The translations under genes were made by a program, and so were the position numbers. The notes under the pieces were generated by a model. It did not search any database. It saw only the letters and a list, made by a program, of their open reading frames with translations, and had not been told where the DNA came from. From positions 352,001 to 416,000 of the forward strand of contig JBFWNU010000002.1 of the NCBI GenBank assembly GCA_050250895.1: DNA of 64,000 nucleotides, written 5' to 3'. Positions 29,777-39,307 of this stretch are shown in pieces. The first letter of the stretch is position 1; the number at the start of each line of letters is the position of its first letter. The stretch is from Vulcanimicrobiota bacterium. GTDB lineage: Bacteria; Vulcanimicrobiota; Xenobia; Xenobiales; JADMJV01.

Positions 29777-30690
29777 GGCACCATCGCCTTCGCTACGCGG
29801 TCCAGGGCCATCTGCACGCTGGCCAGCGGAACCACCTGGCAGCCCGGGGCCGGAGCCACCCACCACTGGTCCTTTTTCCGTCGAATCTCGATCCAGAAGT
29901 GTTGGGTGAATTCGTCCTCGACCGTGATCACCTCTTGCAGACCTCGCTCCGCTGAGGCATCGTAGACAAACGACTTGAACTCGACCGTCATGGAGCCGTG
30001 CAGATCGTCGGGCTGATAGCGCTCTGGCGCGAAGCTCGGGCAGCGTAGTCTTTCCAGGGTAACCTCCTGCGGAGCGTTGATTTCGAAGTGTTCGGTCTTG
30101 GTCAGGTCGAGTCGGTAGAATTCGACCTGACCCCCTTCTTGCCATTTCCGCTCGTACTTCGTGTGGTGCTCGGGCCCGATGGCGGTCACCGTGGCGGCAA
30201 AACCTCCTCCGGGCGCCTCGTCGACGATCTCGTCGCGATAGACGGCATGGTCGGTGACCACCGTCAGCGAGCCGTCGGGCCGTAGGCGGCTGTTCACCAA
30301 TTGCAGAAACTGGTGGCGAAAGAGACGATTCTTGGCGTGGCGTTTCTTGGGCCAGGGGCAGGGAAACAGCGCGTAGACGCGGTCGATGCTGGCCGGGGCG
30401 AAGGCAAAGGCCAGGGCCGCCCGGGCGTCCTCCCACAGCAGGCGGGCGTTGCCGACCTGCTCCTGGTGCAGCTTGCGCAGGGTCCGTCGCAGCGAGCCCC
30501 AGGTCAGTTCGATGCCGACCAGGTTGAGTTCGGGATGGGAGGCTGCGCGGCGCACGAGATACTCGCCGTTGCCGAAGCCGATCTCGACCTCGAGGCGGGC
30601 CTGGCGGCCGAACTCGGTCGACCAATCGAGCGGTCGGGAACGCTCTTTCCAGGCCACCATGGGGGCCAGTGCCAGATAACGAGCCTTCAT
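29773..30690 (-). CDS. trmB: tRNA (guanine-N7)-methyltransferase with C-terminal extension
   Basis: EIGFGNG, FPCPWPKKRH, TDH, TKYERK. Confidence 0.92.
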   Translation of the reverse strand: MKARYLALAPMVAWKERSRPLDWSTEFGRQARLEVEIGFGNGEYLVRRAASHPELNLVGIELTWGSLRRTLRKLHQEQVGNARLLWEDARAALAFAFAPASIDRVYALFPCPWPKKRHAKNRLFRHQFLQLVNSRLRPDGSLTVVTDHAVYRDEIVDEAPGGGFAATVTAIGPEHHTKYERKWQEGGQVEFYRLDLTKTEHFEINAPQEVTLERLRCPSFAPERYQPDDLHGSMTVEFKSFVYDASAERGLQEVITVEDEFTQHFWIEIRRKKDQWWVAPAPGCQVVPLASVQMALDRVAKAMVP

Positions 30691-30754
30691 GGCCCACACG
30701 TTCTCCCCGTCACGGTTTCAACCATTTTTCAGCTCGCAAGTTTACCTTCGGAGT

Positions 30755-31570
30755 ATGCAAGTCTCGACTGCAGTGGCTCAAACCGTGGCTGGCGGTCTGG
30801 CGCGTTTCTGTCAATATGGCGCCAACCCGTCCGAGATCAAGGCCGTGGCCGGCGAGCTGGCCGAACTGGCCCGGGGTGGCGATCAGCTTCAAGAGGCCTC
30901 GGCGCGGGTCAAGACCGCCTTCCTCGAGGACAATTTCCAGCCCACACCCGACTACCGCGTTCGTGACAAAGTGGCCGAAAATGCCCAGCTAATGGCTCGT
31001 CTCAAGGAGTCTGGCCAGAATATCGACCCGGCCGCCCTGGACAAGCTCAAGGCCATCGGCGAGAAAGCTGCCGCCCAGATCGCCGACACCAGCCAGGCCA
31101 TCGCCAATCAGACCCTGGCCATGGGTCTGATGGCCGGGGCTCTCGACGCGGTCCTCATCGCTGTGCTTTCCCAGCCGGGGGGCGTCGCCGAGCCTACGCT
31201 GCTGCCCCCGGTCTCGTCCCGAATCGGCGAGAAACTGGTCGAAACCCTTGGGGACCCCGACAAAGCGGCTGCCCGGCTCGAGTATTTCACCGCCAACGGC
31301 GGTCAGGTCAACCAGGTAGTGGCCTTCCACAACCTGTCGGCCGAAGCCCAGCAAGAGCGAATGGCCAGCGATTTTACCACCGAAGCTGGCTTTCGAGGGG
31401 CCAACCTGCGCCTTTTTGCCGACGCCTACCATCTGGGTCTCAACGCGGCTTTTGACGGTCTGCCTGAGGTTCGCGACACGCTGCCGGCGGTGGCTGCGCC
31501 CCAGACCGACCTCAAGGTGGGCACCGACGGTTTCACCGTGGGCGATACCGACCTCGAAATCAACTGGTAG
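30755..31570 (+). CDS. hypothetical helical protein
   Basis: Strong coding codon style; TACCTT-N6-ATG. Confidence 0.78.
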   Translation: MQVSTAVAQTVAGGLARFCQYGANPSEIKAVAGELAELARGGDQLQEASARVKTAFLEDNFQPTPDYRVRDKVAENAQLMARLKESGQNIDPAALDKLKAIGEKAAAQIADTSQAIANQTLAMGLMAGALDAVLIAVLSQPGGVAEPTLLPPVSSRIGEKLVETLGDPDKAAARLEYFTANGGQVNQVVAFHNLSAEAQQERMASDFTTEAGFRGANLRLFADAYHLGLNAAFDGLPEVRDTLPAVAAPQTDLKVGTDGFTVGDTDLEINW

Positions 31571-31572
31571 AC

Positions 31573-34053
31573 TTGCTGCTTCGGCGCGCCTACTGGAACT
31601 ATCTACGCTCCGTTCCCTGGTTGGGTTGGTTGGGCGTGCTCGGGGTAGCCCTGGCGGTGGCGGTGGTAGTGGCCATGGATCTCGCTTCAGAGAGTGCCCG
31701 GCGCTCCTTCGAACTCTCTTCCAGGGCTCTGACTGGGGGGGCCACTCACCTCGTTCGCGCCGCCACCGGTAGCCTCGATGAAACCCTTTATGCCGAGCTT
31801 CGCCAGACCTTTCCCGGAGTGGCGGCCAGGCCCGTGGTGGAGGGGTTCGTCACGCTCGAGCTGCAGCAACCCGTGAGCCTGCATCTGCTGGGCCTGGACC
31901 CCCTGGCCCCGTTCGAACAGGGGTCGTCCCTGGTCTCGGGGGGCGGAATGCGCGGGCTGATGGGCTCGCCCGACGGGGTGGTGATGACCCGCCAGACAGC
32001 CCGGCGGCTGGGGCTTTCGGTGGGCTCGCCCATTCCTGCCCGCCTCGGCCAGCGCCGGCTGAGCCTGCGCCTGGCGGGGTTGCTCGAGCCGGCCGATGGC
32101 GCATCCGAGACGGCCCTGGCCAATCTGTTGCTGGCCGATATCTCGACCGCCCAGCACATCCTCGACCAGAAGGGACGCTTGAGTCGCATCGATCTGAGCC
32201 TGGTCGATCCGGCTCCGGTGGCCGCCTGGCTGCCCCCCTCGACCACCCTCGAGCCCTCGGGCAGCCAGAGCCAGGCCCTCGAGGAAATGACCTCGGCCTT
32301 TCACCTCAACCTCAAGGCCCTCAGCTTGCTGTCGCTGGTGGTCGGCATGTTTTTGGTCTATAACGTGACCGCCTTCTCGGTGGTCCATCGGCGTCCCGCT
32401 CTGGCCCGCCTTCGCACCCTCGGCGCCTTGCCCGAGGAACTCTTCCTGGCGGTCATGAGCGAGACACTGGCGGTGGCAGGCCTGGGCACGCTCCTCGGTT
32501 TGGGCCTGGGATGCTGGTTGGGGCGCCAACTGGTCTTTCTGGTCACTCGCACCCTCAATGACCTCTATTACGTGCTCGAGTTGACCAGCTACTCCATCGA
32601 CCCGCTGGTGTTGGTAAAAGGCCTTTGCCTGGGCATCTTGACCAGTCTGGCGGCGGCCTTCGGCCCGGCCCGCGAAGCCGGGCACACTCTGCCGGCGCTC
32701 TTGGTGCATCGGTCCGGCCTCGAAGCCGCCAGCCTCCTGGCCTGGCGTCGAGTCGGTCTGGCCGGCCTGCTGCTGTTGTTGGCTGCCGGCCTGGTGGTGC
32801 GCCTGCCGGGTTTGTGGGCAGGCCTGCTGACGCTGTTGCTGGTCCTGGTCGGGGCAGCCCTGGTCACCCCCGGCCTGGTCACCTTGTTGGTAAGCCTCGT
32901 TCCGTCCAGGCCTCTACCCCTCGAGTTGCGTTTGGCTCTACGCTCCATTCCCGCGACTTTAAGTCGCACCGGCATCGCCACCTCGGCCTTGATGATCGCG
33001 GTGGCCGCCACCGTCTCCATCGGCTTGATGGTCCATAGCTTCCGGACCACCTTGCGCAACTGGCTCGAAACCACCCTCCAGGCGGATGTCTACATCACCT
33101 TGCCCGATCGAGCCGCCATGCTGGGCGGGGAGCGGCTTTCTGGCGAGCTACTCGAGCAACTCAAGACTTTGCCCGGTGTGAGCGACTATACCACCCAGAG
33201 CCAGAATACGGTGGTCTCGAGCACCGGCCAAACCCAGTTAGTGGCCGTGCGCGATGGGGGCCGCTACCGCCAATCGCTGCGATTTCGCCAGGCCGTGGAC
33301 GACCCCTGGAGCGCGTTCGAAGCCGGGGCGGTACTGGTTTCGGAGCCCTACGCCTCGCGTTACCGGTTAGAGGTTGGCCAACCGTTGCGCCTGCTAACCG
33401 AGGCTGGCTGGCAAGAGTTCACAATCGCGGGCATCTTTTACAGCTATGGTCCCGAACGCGGGTTGGCCCTGATGCGAGCCGATGTCTTCGCCCGCCACTG
33501 GAAAAGCCCGGGTGCTAGCGGCATCGGACTTTATCTCGAGGACCCCGAACAGGCCGAGGCGGTGGTGCTCGAGGCGCAGCGGCTGGGCCGCCTTGAAGTG
33601 CGCTCGACGGCCTCGATCAAGGCTCTCAGTCTAGAGATTTTCGAGCGCACCTTCCTGGTCACCGGAGTGTTGCGCGGCCTGGCCCTGATGGTGGCCCTGG
33701 TGGGCATCTTCGGCTCGCTCACGGCTTTGGGCCTGGAACGGATTCGCGAGTTGTCGACCCTGCGGGCGTTGGGCATGACCCGAGTTCAGGTGGGCCGATT
33801 GCTGACCGTGCAATCGGGTTTGCTCGGCCTTTTCGCCGGTTTGTTGGCGTTGCCCACGGGGGTGGTGTTGGCGGCCGTCATGGTGTTGGTCATCAACCAG
33901 CGGGCTTTCGGCTGGACGCTGTTCTTTTCGCTGCAGCCCCGCCTTTTGGTGGAGGCCGTCATCCTGTCGGTGGCGGCAGCCTTGCTGGCTGGCCTGGGGC
34001 CGGCCAGGACCATGGCCGCCCGCAGCCCGGCCGCCGGCCTGCGGGAGGAATAG
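31573..34053 (+). CDS. ABC transporter permease, FtsX/MacB family (two-module)
   Basis: GVALAVAV, RLSRIDL, LRTLGA, LRALGMT, IN.RAFGW. Confidence 0.9.
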   Translation: MLLRRAYWNYLRSVPWLGWLGVLGVALAVAVVVAMDLASESARRSFELSSRALTGGATHLVRAATGSLDETLYAELRQTFPGVAARPVVEGFVTLELQQPVSLHLLGLDPLAPFEQGSSLVSGGGMRGLMGSPDGVVMTRQTARRLGLSVGSPIPARLGQRRLSLRLAGLLEPADGASETALANLLLADISTAQHILDQKGRLSRIDLSLVDPAPVAAWLPPSTTLEPSGSQSQALEEMTSAFHLNLKALSLLSLVVGMFLVYNVTAFSVVHRRPALARLRTLGALPEELFLAVMSETLAVAGLGTLLGLGLGCWLGRQLVFLVTRTLNDLYYVLELTSYSIDPLVLVKGLCLGILTSLAAAFGPAREAGHTLPALLVHRSGLEAASLLAWRRVGLAGLLLLLAAGLVVRLPGLWAGLLTLLLVLVGAALVTPGLVTLLVSLVPSRPLPLELRLALRSIPATLSRTGIATSALMIAVAATVSIGLMVHSFRTTLRNWLETTLQADVYITLPDRAAMLGGERLSGELLEQLKTLPGVSDYTTQSQNTVVSSTGQTQLVAVRDGGRYRQSLRFRQAVDDPWSAFEAGAVLVSEPYASRYRLEVGQPLRLLTEAGWQEFTIAGIFYSYGPERGLALMRADVFARHWKSPGASGIGLYLEDPEQAEAVVLEAQRLGRLEVRSTASIKALSLEIFERTFLVTGVLRGLALMVALVGIFGSLTALGLERIRELSTLRALGMTRVQVGRLLTVQSGLLGLFAGLLALPTGVVLAAVMVLVINQRAFGWTLFFSLQPRLLVEAVILSVAAALLAGLGPARTMAARSPAAGLREE

Positions 34054-34112
34054 TTTCCAAAAAATTTGAGCCCCGGTTGTTAAGATTTGGACAACTCCTC
34101 AGGAGGTCCGTA

Positions 34113-35204
34113 ATGAACACGCTATATCAAAATATCTCCCAGCGGATGCACCGCCCACGCCCCGAGCCCAGGACTATCGACATGCAAACCATGGTCGAAA
34201 CGATGGCCCACCCTCAGGGCGAATCGTCCCTGGTCGTCCAGGACGGACTGATCAGCCTGCAGCAAGAGCCCGGCGCGCCCAGCCCCATCGTCCCGTGGAG
34301 CGCCCCGACCCCCGCCCAGGTGTGGTCTGCCTTCCACGCCGAAGCCAGGCCGGGCGTCACCACGCCCAGCGATGAGCGTCTGATTTCGAGCCTGACTTTC
34401 GGCGGCCCTCAGGCCACCGACCAGGCTGTGCCTGTGGCCCAAGCACAGTTTCGCAGCGGCCTCACTTTGACCGCTGAGGAGGCAGGCCTGCGGGTGGCCG
34501 GAGCCAGCTCGACCTTTTTGGCCGGAGTGGCCATGGAGTTGACCAGGAGCGGCCTTCGCCTGCATGGCAATGGCGTGAGTCAGACCATTACGCCGCGCGG
34601 TGAGCATCTCATCGAGGCAACCGATCCTTCGGCCTCGGACGGACGGACGGCCAAGTTTGGCGTCGAGTCCAATGGAACCGTATCGGGAAGCCTGGCCGAC
34701 GGCAGCCGGGTCGGACGCACCCGGCGTCAACTCGATGCCAGCACGACCCTTACGACCACCAGCCAGGTCGATGGCGACGGCAGCATCGAGGTGGGGCCGC
34801 ACCGCATCAAGCCTCATCTGAACTTCCATCAGACCTACCACATTCGGCGCGAGGATGCCGCCGATTTGCTCTCGGATGCCCGTTTGGGTAGCCGCGACGC
34901 TGACTCCAGGGCTCGCCACGCCGACAACTTCGGCCGTTGGGAGGGCGTGTCCAATCACGTAGGATTGCGCGAGGCTCAGGCAGCCGATCACGACTATCGA
35001 TTCGCCGAGGGCGCCTACCATGACGGTAACTACCGGGCCACCGAGGACCTGGCCCTGGAGTCGCTCGACCACAGCCGCGAGAGCAGCTTCCACAGCGGCA
35101 GGGTAGAGCGCGAAGCCGTCGACATTCGCCGCCACCGGGACGAACGGGAACGACGGACCCGAGGTTACGGCGGCTCCGGCTCCTTTTATCAGACGGCGTG
35201 GTGA
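34113..35204 (+). CDS. hypothetical protein
   Basis: AGGAGG RBS; Pro-rich leader, beta-rich middle, charged His/Arg-rich tail. Confidence 0.72.
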   Translation: MNTLYQNISQRMHRPRPEPRTIDMQTMVETMAHPQGESSLVVQDGLISLQQEPGAPSPIVPWSAPTPAQVWSAFHAEARPGVTTPSDERLISSLTFGGPQATDQAVPVAQAQFRSGLTLTAEEAGLRVAGASSTFLAGVAMELTRSGLRLHGNGVSQTITPRGEHLIEATDPSASDGRTAKFGVESNGTVSGSLADGSRVGRTRRQLDASTTLTTTSQVDGDGSIEVGPHRIKPHLNFHQTYHIRREDAADLLSDARLGSRDADSRARHADNFGRWEGVSNHVGLREAQAADHDYRFAEGAYHDGNYRATEDLALESLDHSRESSFHSGRVEREAVDIRRHRDERERRTRGYGGSGSFYQTAW

Positions 35205-35274
35205 GCTCTCGGGATAGGCGCCCGCCACCCGACGGGATGTAGCCAGCGGGCTCGCCACTGGCTTTCATAAGCCT

Positions 35275-36252
35275 ATGCGCGTCTTTGTTCTCATTTTGTC
35301 TTTGAGCCTTCTCGCCTGGGGCGATCAGCCCGTGGATATCGATCTGAACGGGTATGAATATCCCTTTTCGGTCCAGCGCTTCCACTTTCGTTCCCAGCAG
35401 CAAGACCTCGAGATGGCCTACATGCACGAACGCAGTCCGCGCCCCAACGGCCAGACGGTGGTCTTGCTTCACGGCAAGAACTTCAACGGCGCCTATTGGG
35501 GCCAGACGATGCGGGCTTTGCTCGAGGCCGGCTATGAGGTAGTGGTCCCCGATCAAATCGGCTTCGGCAAGTCCACCAAGCCGGCCCACTATCAGTACAC
35601 GTTTCAGCAGCTAGCCCACAACACCGCAGCCCTGCTCGACCAGACCCAGGTCAAGCAGTGCATCGTGCTCGGCCATTCGATGGGAGGGATGGTGGCCACC
35701 CGTTTTTCCCTGATGTACCCCGAGCGGGTCCGACAGCTGGTGCTGGTCGATCCCATTGGTCTCGAAGACTGGAAACTCAAGGTGCCTTACACTACCATCG
35801 ACGAATGGTACGCTCAGGAGCTGGCCAAAACCCCCGAGAAGATCAAGGCCTATCAGCAGAAGAGCTACTATGGCGGCGAGTGGAAGCCGGCCTATGACCG
35901 CTGGGTCTACCCCCTGGCCGCCCCCCTGAACAGCCCTGAGTATCCGCGCCTGGCCTGGAACAACGCCCTGACCTATGACATGATCTTCACCCAGCCCGTC
36001 TGCTACGAGTTCTCGCAGCTCGAGGTCCCGACTCTGTTGATGGTGGGCACAGAGGATCGCACCGCTTTGGGGAAGGATAAGGTGGCCTCGGCGGTGGCCG
36101 AGACGATGGGCGACTATCCCCGTCTGGCCCGGGCCACCGTGGCCCAGATTCCCGATGCCCGGCTCGTGCTCTTCGAAGGGCTGGGCCATCTGCCCCACAT
36201 CGAGGACTTCCCGCGCTTTTGGGGCGAGCTCTCCAAGGGTTTGCGAAATTGA
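35275..36252 (+). CDS. secreted alpha/beta hydrolase
   Basis: Signal peptide; LHGKNF, DQIGFGKS, GHSMGG, GHLPH. Confidence 0.93.
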   Translation: MRVFVLILSLSLLAWGDQPVDIDLNGYEYPFSVQRFHFRSQQQDLEMAYMHERSPRPNGQTVVLLHGKNFNGAYWGQTMRALLEAGYEVVVPDQIGFGKSTKPAHYQYTFQQLAHNTAALLDQTQVKQCIVLGHSMGGMVATRFSLMYPERVRQLVLVDPIGLEDWKLKVPYTTIDEWYAQELAKTPEKIKAYQQKSYYGGEWKPAYDRWVYPLAAPLNSPEYPRLAWNNALTYDMIFTQPVCYEFSQLEVPTLLMVGTEDRTALGKDKVASAVAETMGDYPRLARATVAQIPDARLVLFEGLGHLPHIEDFPRFWGELSKGLRN

Positions 36253-36299
36253 CGCCGCCGTGACGCGAGACGATTAGTCTGGTCAGGCAGGAGGATAAC

Positions 36300-36752
36300 A
36301 TGATCGTAAAACCCGCTAAAGTTCAGATATCGACGCCTTATCGCGCTCATTCCCCCCAGGCTCCCGAGCCTCGACAAACCCCGTCCGACGGATTCACCCG
36401 CTCGGTGCCGGCCAGAAAACTGGTCGGCCTGGCTGCTGGCGTGGCCGCCGGGGCCCTGGCCGGCTACTATGGGGCCGGAGCCGGCACCGCCGCCGGTCTG
36501 GTCGGTGCGGCCGCCGGAACCCTGGTAGGAATCGGAGCCGGCATCGGCCTCGGCTGGAGGGCCGGGGCCTATATCTCTTCGCGCACTTCTGGCAGCGAAG
36601 AATCGGGCGGATTTGTCGGCATGGCCGCCGGAGGCGCCCTTGGCCTGGTTGGCGGCGCTCTGGCCGGCTGGAGTTGCGGCAGTCCCACCACCGCCCTGCT
36701 GGGGGCAGCCCTGGGCGGCTTCGGAGGTTGGTCGCTGGCCGAGTTCGGCTAA
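36300..36752 (+). CDS. glycine-zipper membrane protein
   Basis: Long GxxxG arrays; AGGAGG RBS. Confidence 0.78.
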   Translation: MIVKPAKVQISTPYRAHSPQAPEPRQTPSDGFTRSVPARKLVGLAAGVAAGALAGYYGAGAGTAAGLVGAAAGTLVGIGAGIGLGWRAGAYISSRTSGSEESGGFVGMAAGGALGLVGGALAGWSCGSPTTALLGAALGGFGGWSLAEFG

Positions 36753-36787
36753 ATCGGCCCAGCCACGGGGCCGACGCGCTGGCGGGG

Positions 36788-37792
36788 TTAGTCCCAGCCG
36801 AAGAAACTCCGCATTTCGCCATACACCTCGGGATCGTCGGGCAAGCCCTGGTGGCACTTGGTGCCACCGCCCGGCAGGATCGAGGTGCATACCTCTTTGA
36901 GCTTGAGACTGGCCGCCTCGACCAGGCTGTCGCCTTCGGCAAAGCCCCACTCGGCGTAGGCCGGGGTGGTGAAGCCATCCGAGCCGACGGTGCGGACATC
37001 TTCGACTCGCTGCATCTGGCGCTCGAGACGGTCGTTGAGGCTGGCCAGTTGAGGGTTCTCGCCTTCATCCAGCGAGCGAAGCCAGGCCAGGGCCGGCAGC
37101 GCGGCCGGCTCCATGCCGGCCAGGCTCATGGCCCAGCCGACTCCCTGAGTGATGGCCCAGTGGCAAAGACTGGCCGTGCGGGTGCCCCGGTTGGGCGTGC
37201 CAATCATCATCAGCTTTCCGATTCCATCTCCCTCCTGGTCGAGGAAGAGTCGGGTCGAGATGCCCCCCATGCTATAGGCGGCCGCGTCCACCCTGGCGGC
37301 TCCGGTGAACTCTCGAATGGCGGGCAAATCTTTGTGTAACTGGGCGGCCATGTCGGGAGGCGCGTCCCACTTGCCGTGGGGCACGACCCGAAAAACCCGT
37401 GCCTCGGGATCCGGCTGGGCCGTCTGGCTGCATTCGGGATCAAGAAAGACCTGGCCGTCTCGAATATAATAGGGCCTACCGCCGTTGGCCCCGTCTTGGG
37501 TGAGGTGCTCCATCAGCGGTTCGAAGGTGGTCATCTCGGTGGTGAAGCCGGGCACCAGCACGACCGGGCGCTTCAAGGTCGAGCCCGGCTCGCCTTCGAG
37601 CCCGCCGCACAGCTTCTGGCTGAGGCTGCTCTTGAGATTGGCGAACTTGTATAGCAGTCCGCCCGCGGTAAAAAGGGCGCTATTCTTGAACGTATCGATC
37701 CAGCCCGGCTCGCTTTCGGTTGGCGTAGCGACAGGCCGGCTGGCCGGGCGTGCATAGGTAACGGGCACCCCGGTAGCAACTCGCATCTGCAT
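36788..37792 (-). CDS. lipase/esterase (PGAP1/lipase-2-like alpha/beta hydrolase)
   Basis: PVVLVPG, AYSMGG, IGTPNRG, GD..V, C-terminal His. Confidence 0.85.
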   Translation of the reverse strand: MQMRVATGVPVTYARPASRPVATPTESEPGWIDTFKNSALFTAGGLLYKFANLKSSLSQKLCGGLEGEPGSTLKRPVVLVPGFTTEMTTFEPLMEHLTQDGANGGRPYYIRDGQVFLDPECSQTAQPDPEARVFRVVPHGKWDAPPDMAAQLHKDLPAIREFTGAARVDAAAYSMGGISTRLFLDQEGDGIGKLMMIGTPNRGTRTASLCHWAITQGVGWAMSLAGMEPAALPALAWLRSLDEGENPQLASLNDRLERQMQRVEDVRTVGSDGFTTPAYAEWGFAEGDSLVEAASLKLKEVCTSILPGGGTKCHQGLPDDPEVYGEMRSFFGWD

Positions 37793-37864
37793 TGGCGTGG
37801 TCTTCTTTAGTGAGTGAGATGGTGTGAGCTTAGCAGCCCGGACCGAAAGAAATCTGAATCGCGA

Positions 37865-38236
37865 CTAGCGGATGACTCGAATGTCGAGGTCGAGTCCCAA
37901 TTCGAGCCAGACCTGGTCGGCGGTAAGAGCTGGAATGCCCCGAACGCGGGCCAAGCAGGCGCGATCCCCCGACGAGAGGCCGGGGACGCGAGTAACCGGT
38001 AGCAAAGCCGCACTCTCCGCCGCGTCGGCTGCGGAAAATCCAACGAATTCAATGGGACTGTTCAGTAGCCTGGTCAAGACCAGCCGCCCATCGTGACCAT
38101 CGCGAGTGAAATGCGATAACACCTCACACAGGTTCACGGTCGACATGCAGCTGTGTCCCAGGTTGGTGGCGACGACCTGGCTGCCTGGCTCGCCGTATAA
38201 GTAAGCCAGGAGCGTAGAAGCATTCAGCGCGATCAA
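37865..38236 (-). CDS. vapC: VapC PIN-domain toxin, probably degenerate
   Basis: VNLCEV, GLS.GDRACLA, LTAD..W; first conserved Asp reads Asn. Confidence 0.82.
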   Translation of the reverse strand: MIALNASTLLAYLYGEPGSQVVATNLGHSCMSTVNLCEVLSHFTRDGHDGRLVLTRLLNSPIEFVGFSAADAAESAALLPVTRVPGLSSGDRACLARVRGIPALTADQVWLELGLDLDIRVIR

Positions 38237-38483
38237 TCCTGGGCGGCCTCGCGCCGTCGACCTTGCAGAAAGTCTTCGACCACGCCTTCTGGCACTTGCC
38301 CGTGATAAAGTTCCCGAACGAACTCCTGCAACCCCTCGAGCGAGTTGCTATGGGTCTGGGGACGCACGGCGGCGGTGATGATTTCACGCGCCTCAGCCTC
38401 CATGCTGCGGCCGGCCAGGGCAGCCCGAAGGCGCAGTAGTGATGCACATCGTCGGGCAGATTTCTGAGGTTCAAAGTGGCCAT
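38233..38483 (-). pseudogene. FitA-like ribbon-helix-helix antitoxin, frameshifted
   Basis: MATLNLRNLPDDVHH, 1 nt missing near 38438, then LRLRAALAGRSMEAEAREII...AAQD* with stop overlapping the vapC start. Confidence 0.85.
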
Positions 38484-38489
38484 GCTGTC

Positions 38490-38518
38490 GTGGTAGGCAT
38501 TGTAGGCACTTGCGTCAA
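38490..38518 (-). promoter_or_regulatory. sigma70-type promoter/operator of the TA operon
   Basis: TTGACG-N17-TACCAC-N6-ATG with direct repeat TGCCTAC x2. Confidence 0.6.
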
Positions 38519-38630
38519 CGGTGGCCCGGGCTGCTGCGGGGCGTCAACCCTAGGGCCGATTCCCGGGAGTGACCCAGCCCAATTATCCTCAATACTCGCC
38601 TCGCAAAGGCCTATCCAGCGGGTGGTGAAG

Positions 38631-39077
38631 CTACTTTTGGCCGGCCAGGATTTTCTGGAGGGCGCGTTCGATGCGCCGGGCCCGCGTCTCGGCGGTCTTG
38701 GCCTCTTCGATAGCGCGCACGTGCTCTTTGCGATAGGTGTAGGCCAGTTCTTCGAAGCGTTTGAGGGCGTTGGCCTTGCGTAAAGCCAGCCGGAAATCGT
38801 CGGGCAAGACGACTTCTCGCGGGGCGGTGTCGAGTTCGATGTCGACCTCGACCGTGTCGCCGCCCTGCACGCCGGCTTTAACCCGATGCTCGGCGGCGAC
38901 CCCCACCATGTATTTTCCCCCCATCGAGGCTACCGTGTTGCGATAGGTGTAGCCGTTGATGGTGACCGTGATCGGCGGACGCTTGCCGCTCCCCAGACTC
39001 TCGACCACCTCGGCGGGGATGATGATGCCCACCACGTTGCGGGCTTTGTCTTGCCATAACGTCGTGCGAAACTTCAT
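38631..39077 (-). CDS. DUF1905 plus YdeI/OmpD-associated family protein
   Basis: GSGKRPPITVTING, ELDTAPREV, IEEAKT.ETR.RRI. Confidence 0.9.
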   Translation of the reverse strand: MKFRTTLWQDKARNVVGIIIPAEVVESLGSGKRPPITVTINGYTYRNTVASMGGKYMVGVAAEHRVKAGVQGGDTVEVDIELDTAPREVVLPDDFRLALRKANALKRFEELAYTYRKEHVRAIEEAKTAETRARRIERALQKILAGQK

Positions 39078-39307
39078 CGCTCACCTCCCGTTCCACCTGA
39101 CCTATCAGGGCATTCCACTGGTCATATTCGACCCGCCCGGCGCCAACTCCACCTGACCTTGAGCATTTGCTGTTGGCGGGGCTCCCGCGTTAAGTGTTAA
39201 CGAGCGTTAACAATTTCAACAACCCTTTAACTTGAGACTCATTCACAGCCGGGCCGGGGTTGGTCATACTGAGGATAGCTCGCGGAGCATCGAAAGGATC
39301 TCTGCAA

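Noticed and set aside
29773-30070. TrmB C-terminal extension as a novelty
   Set aside because: Long-form TrmB proteins are, to my recollection, already known in other lineages
29777-30697. 491-aa ORF as an extended EF-hand protein
   Set aside because: Its first 307 codons are an alternative frame of trmB; the real start is at 29776
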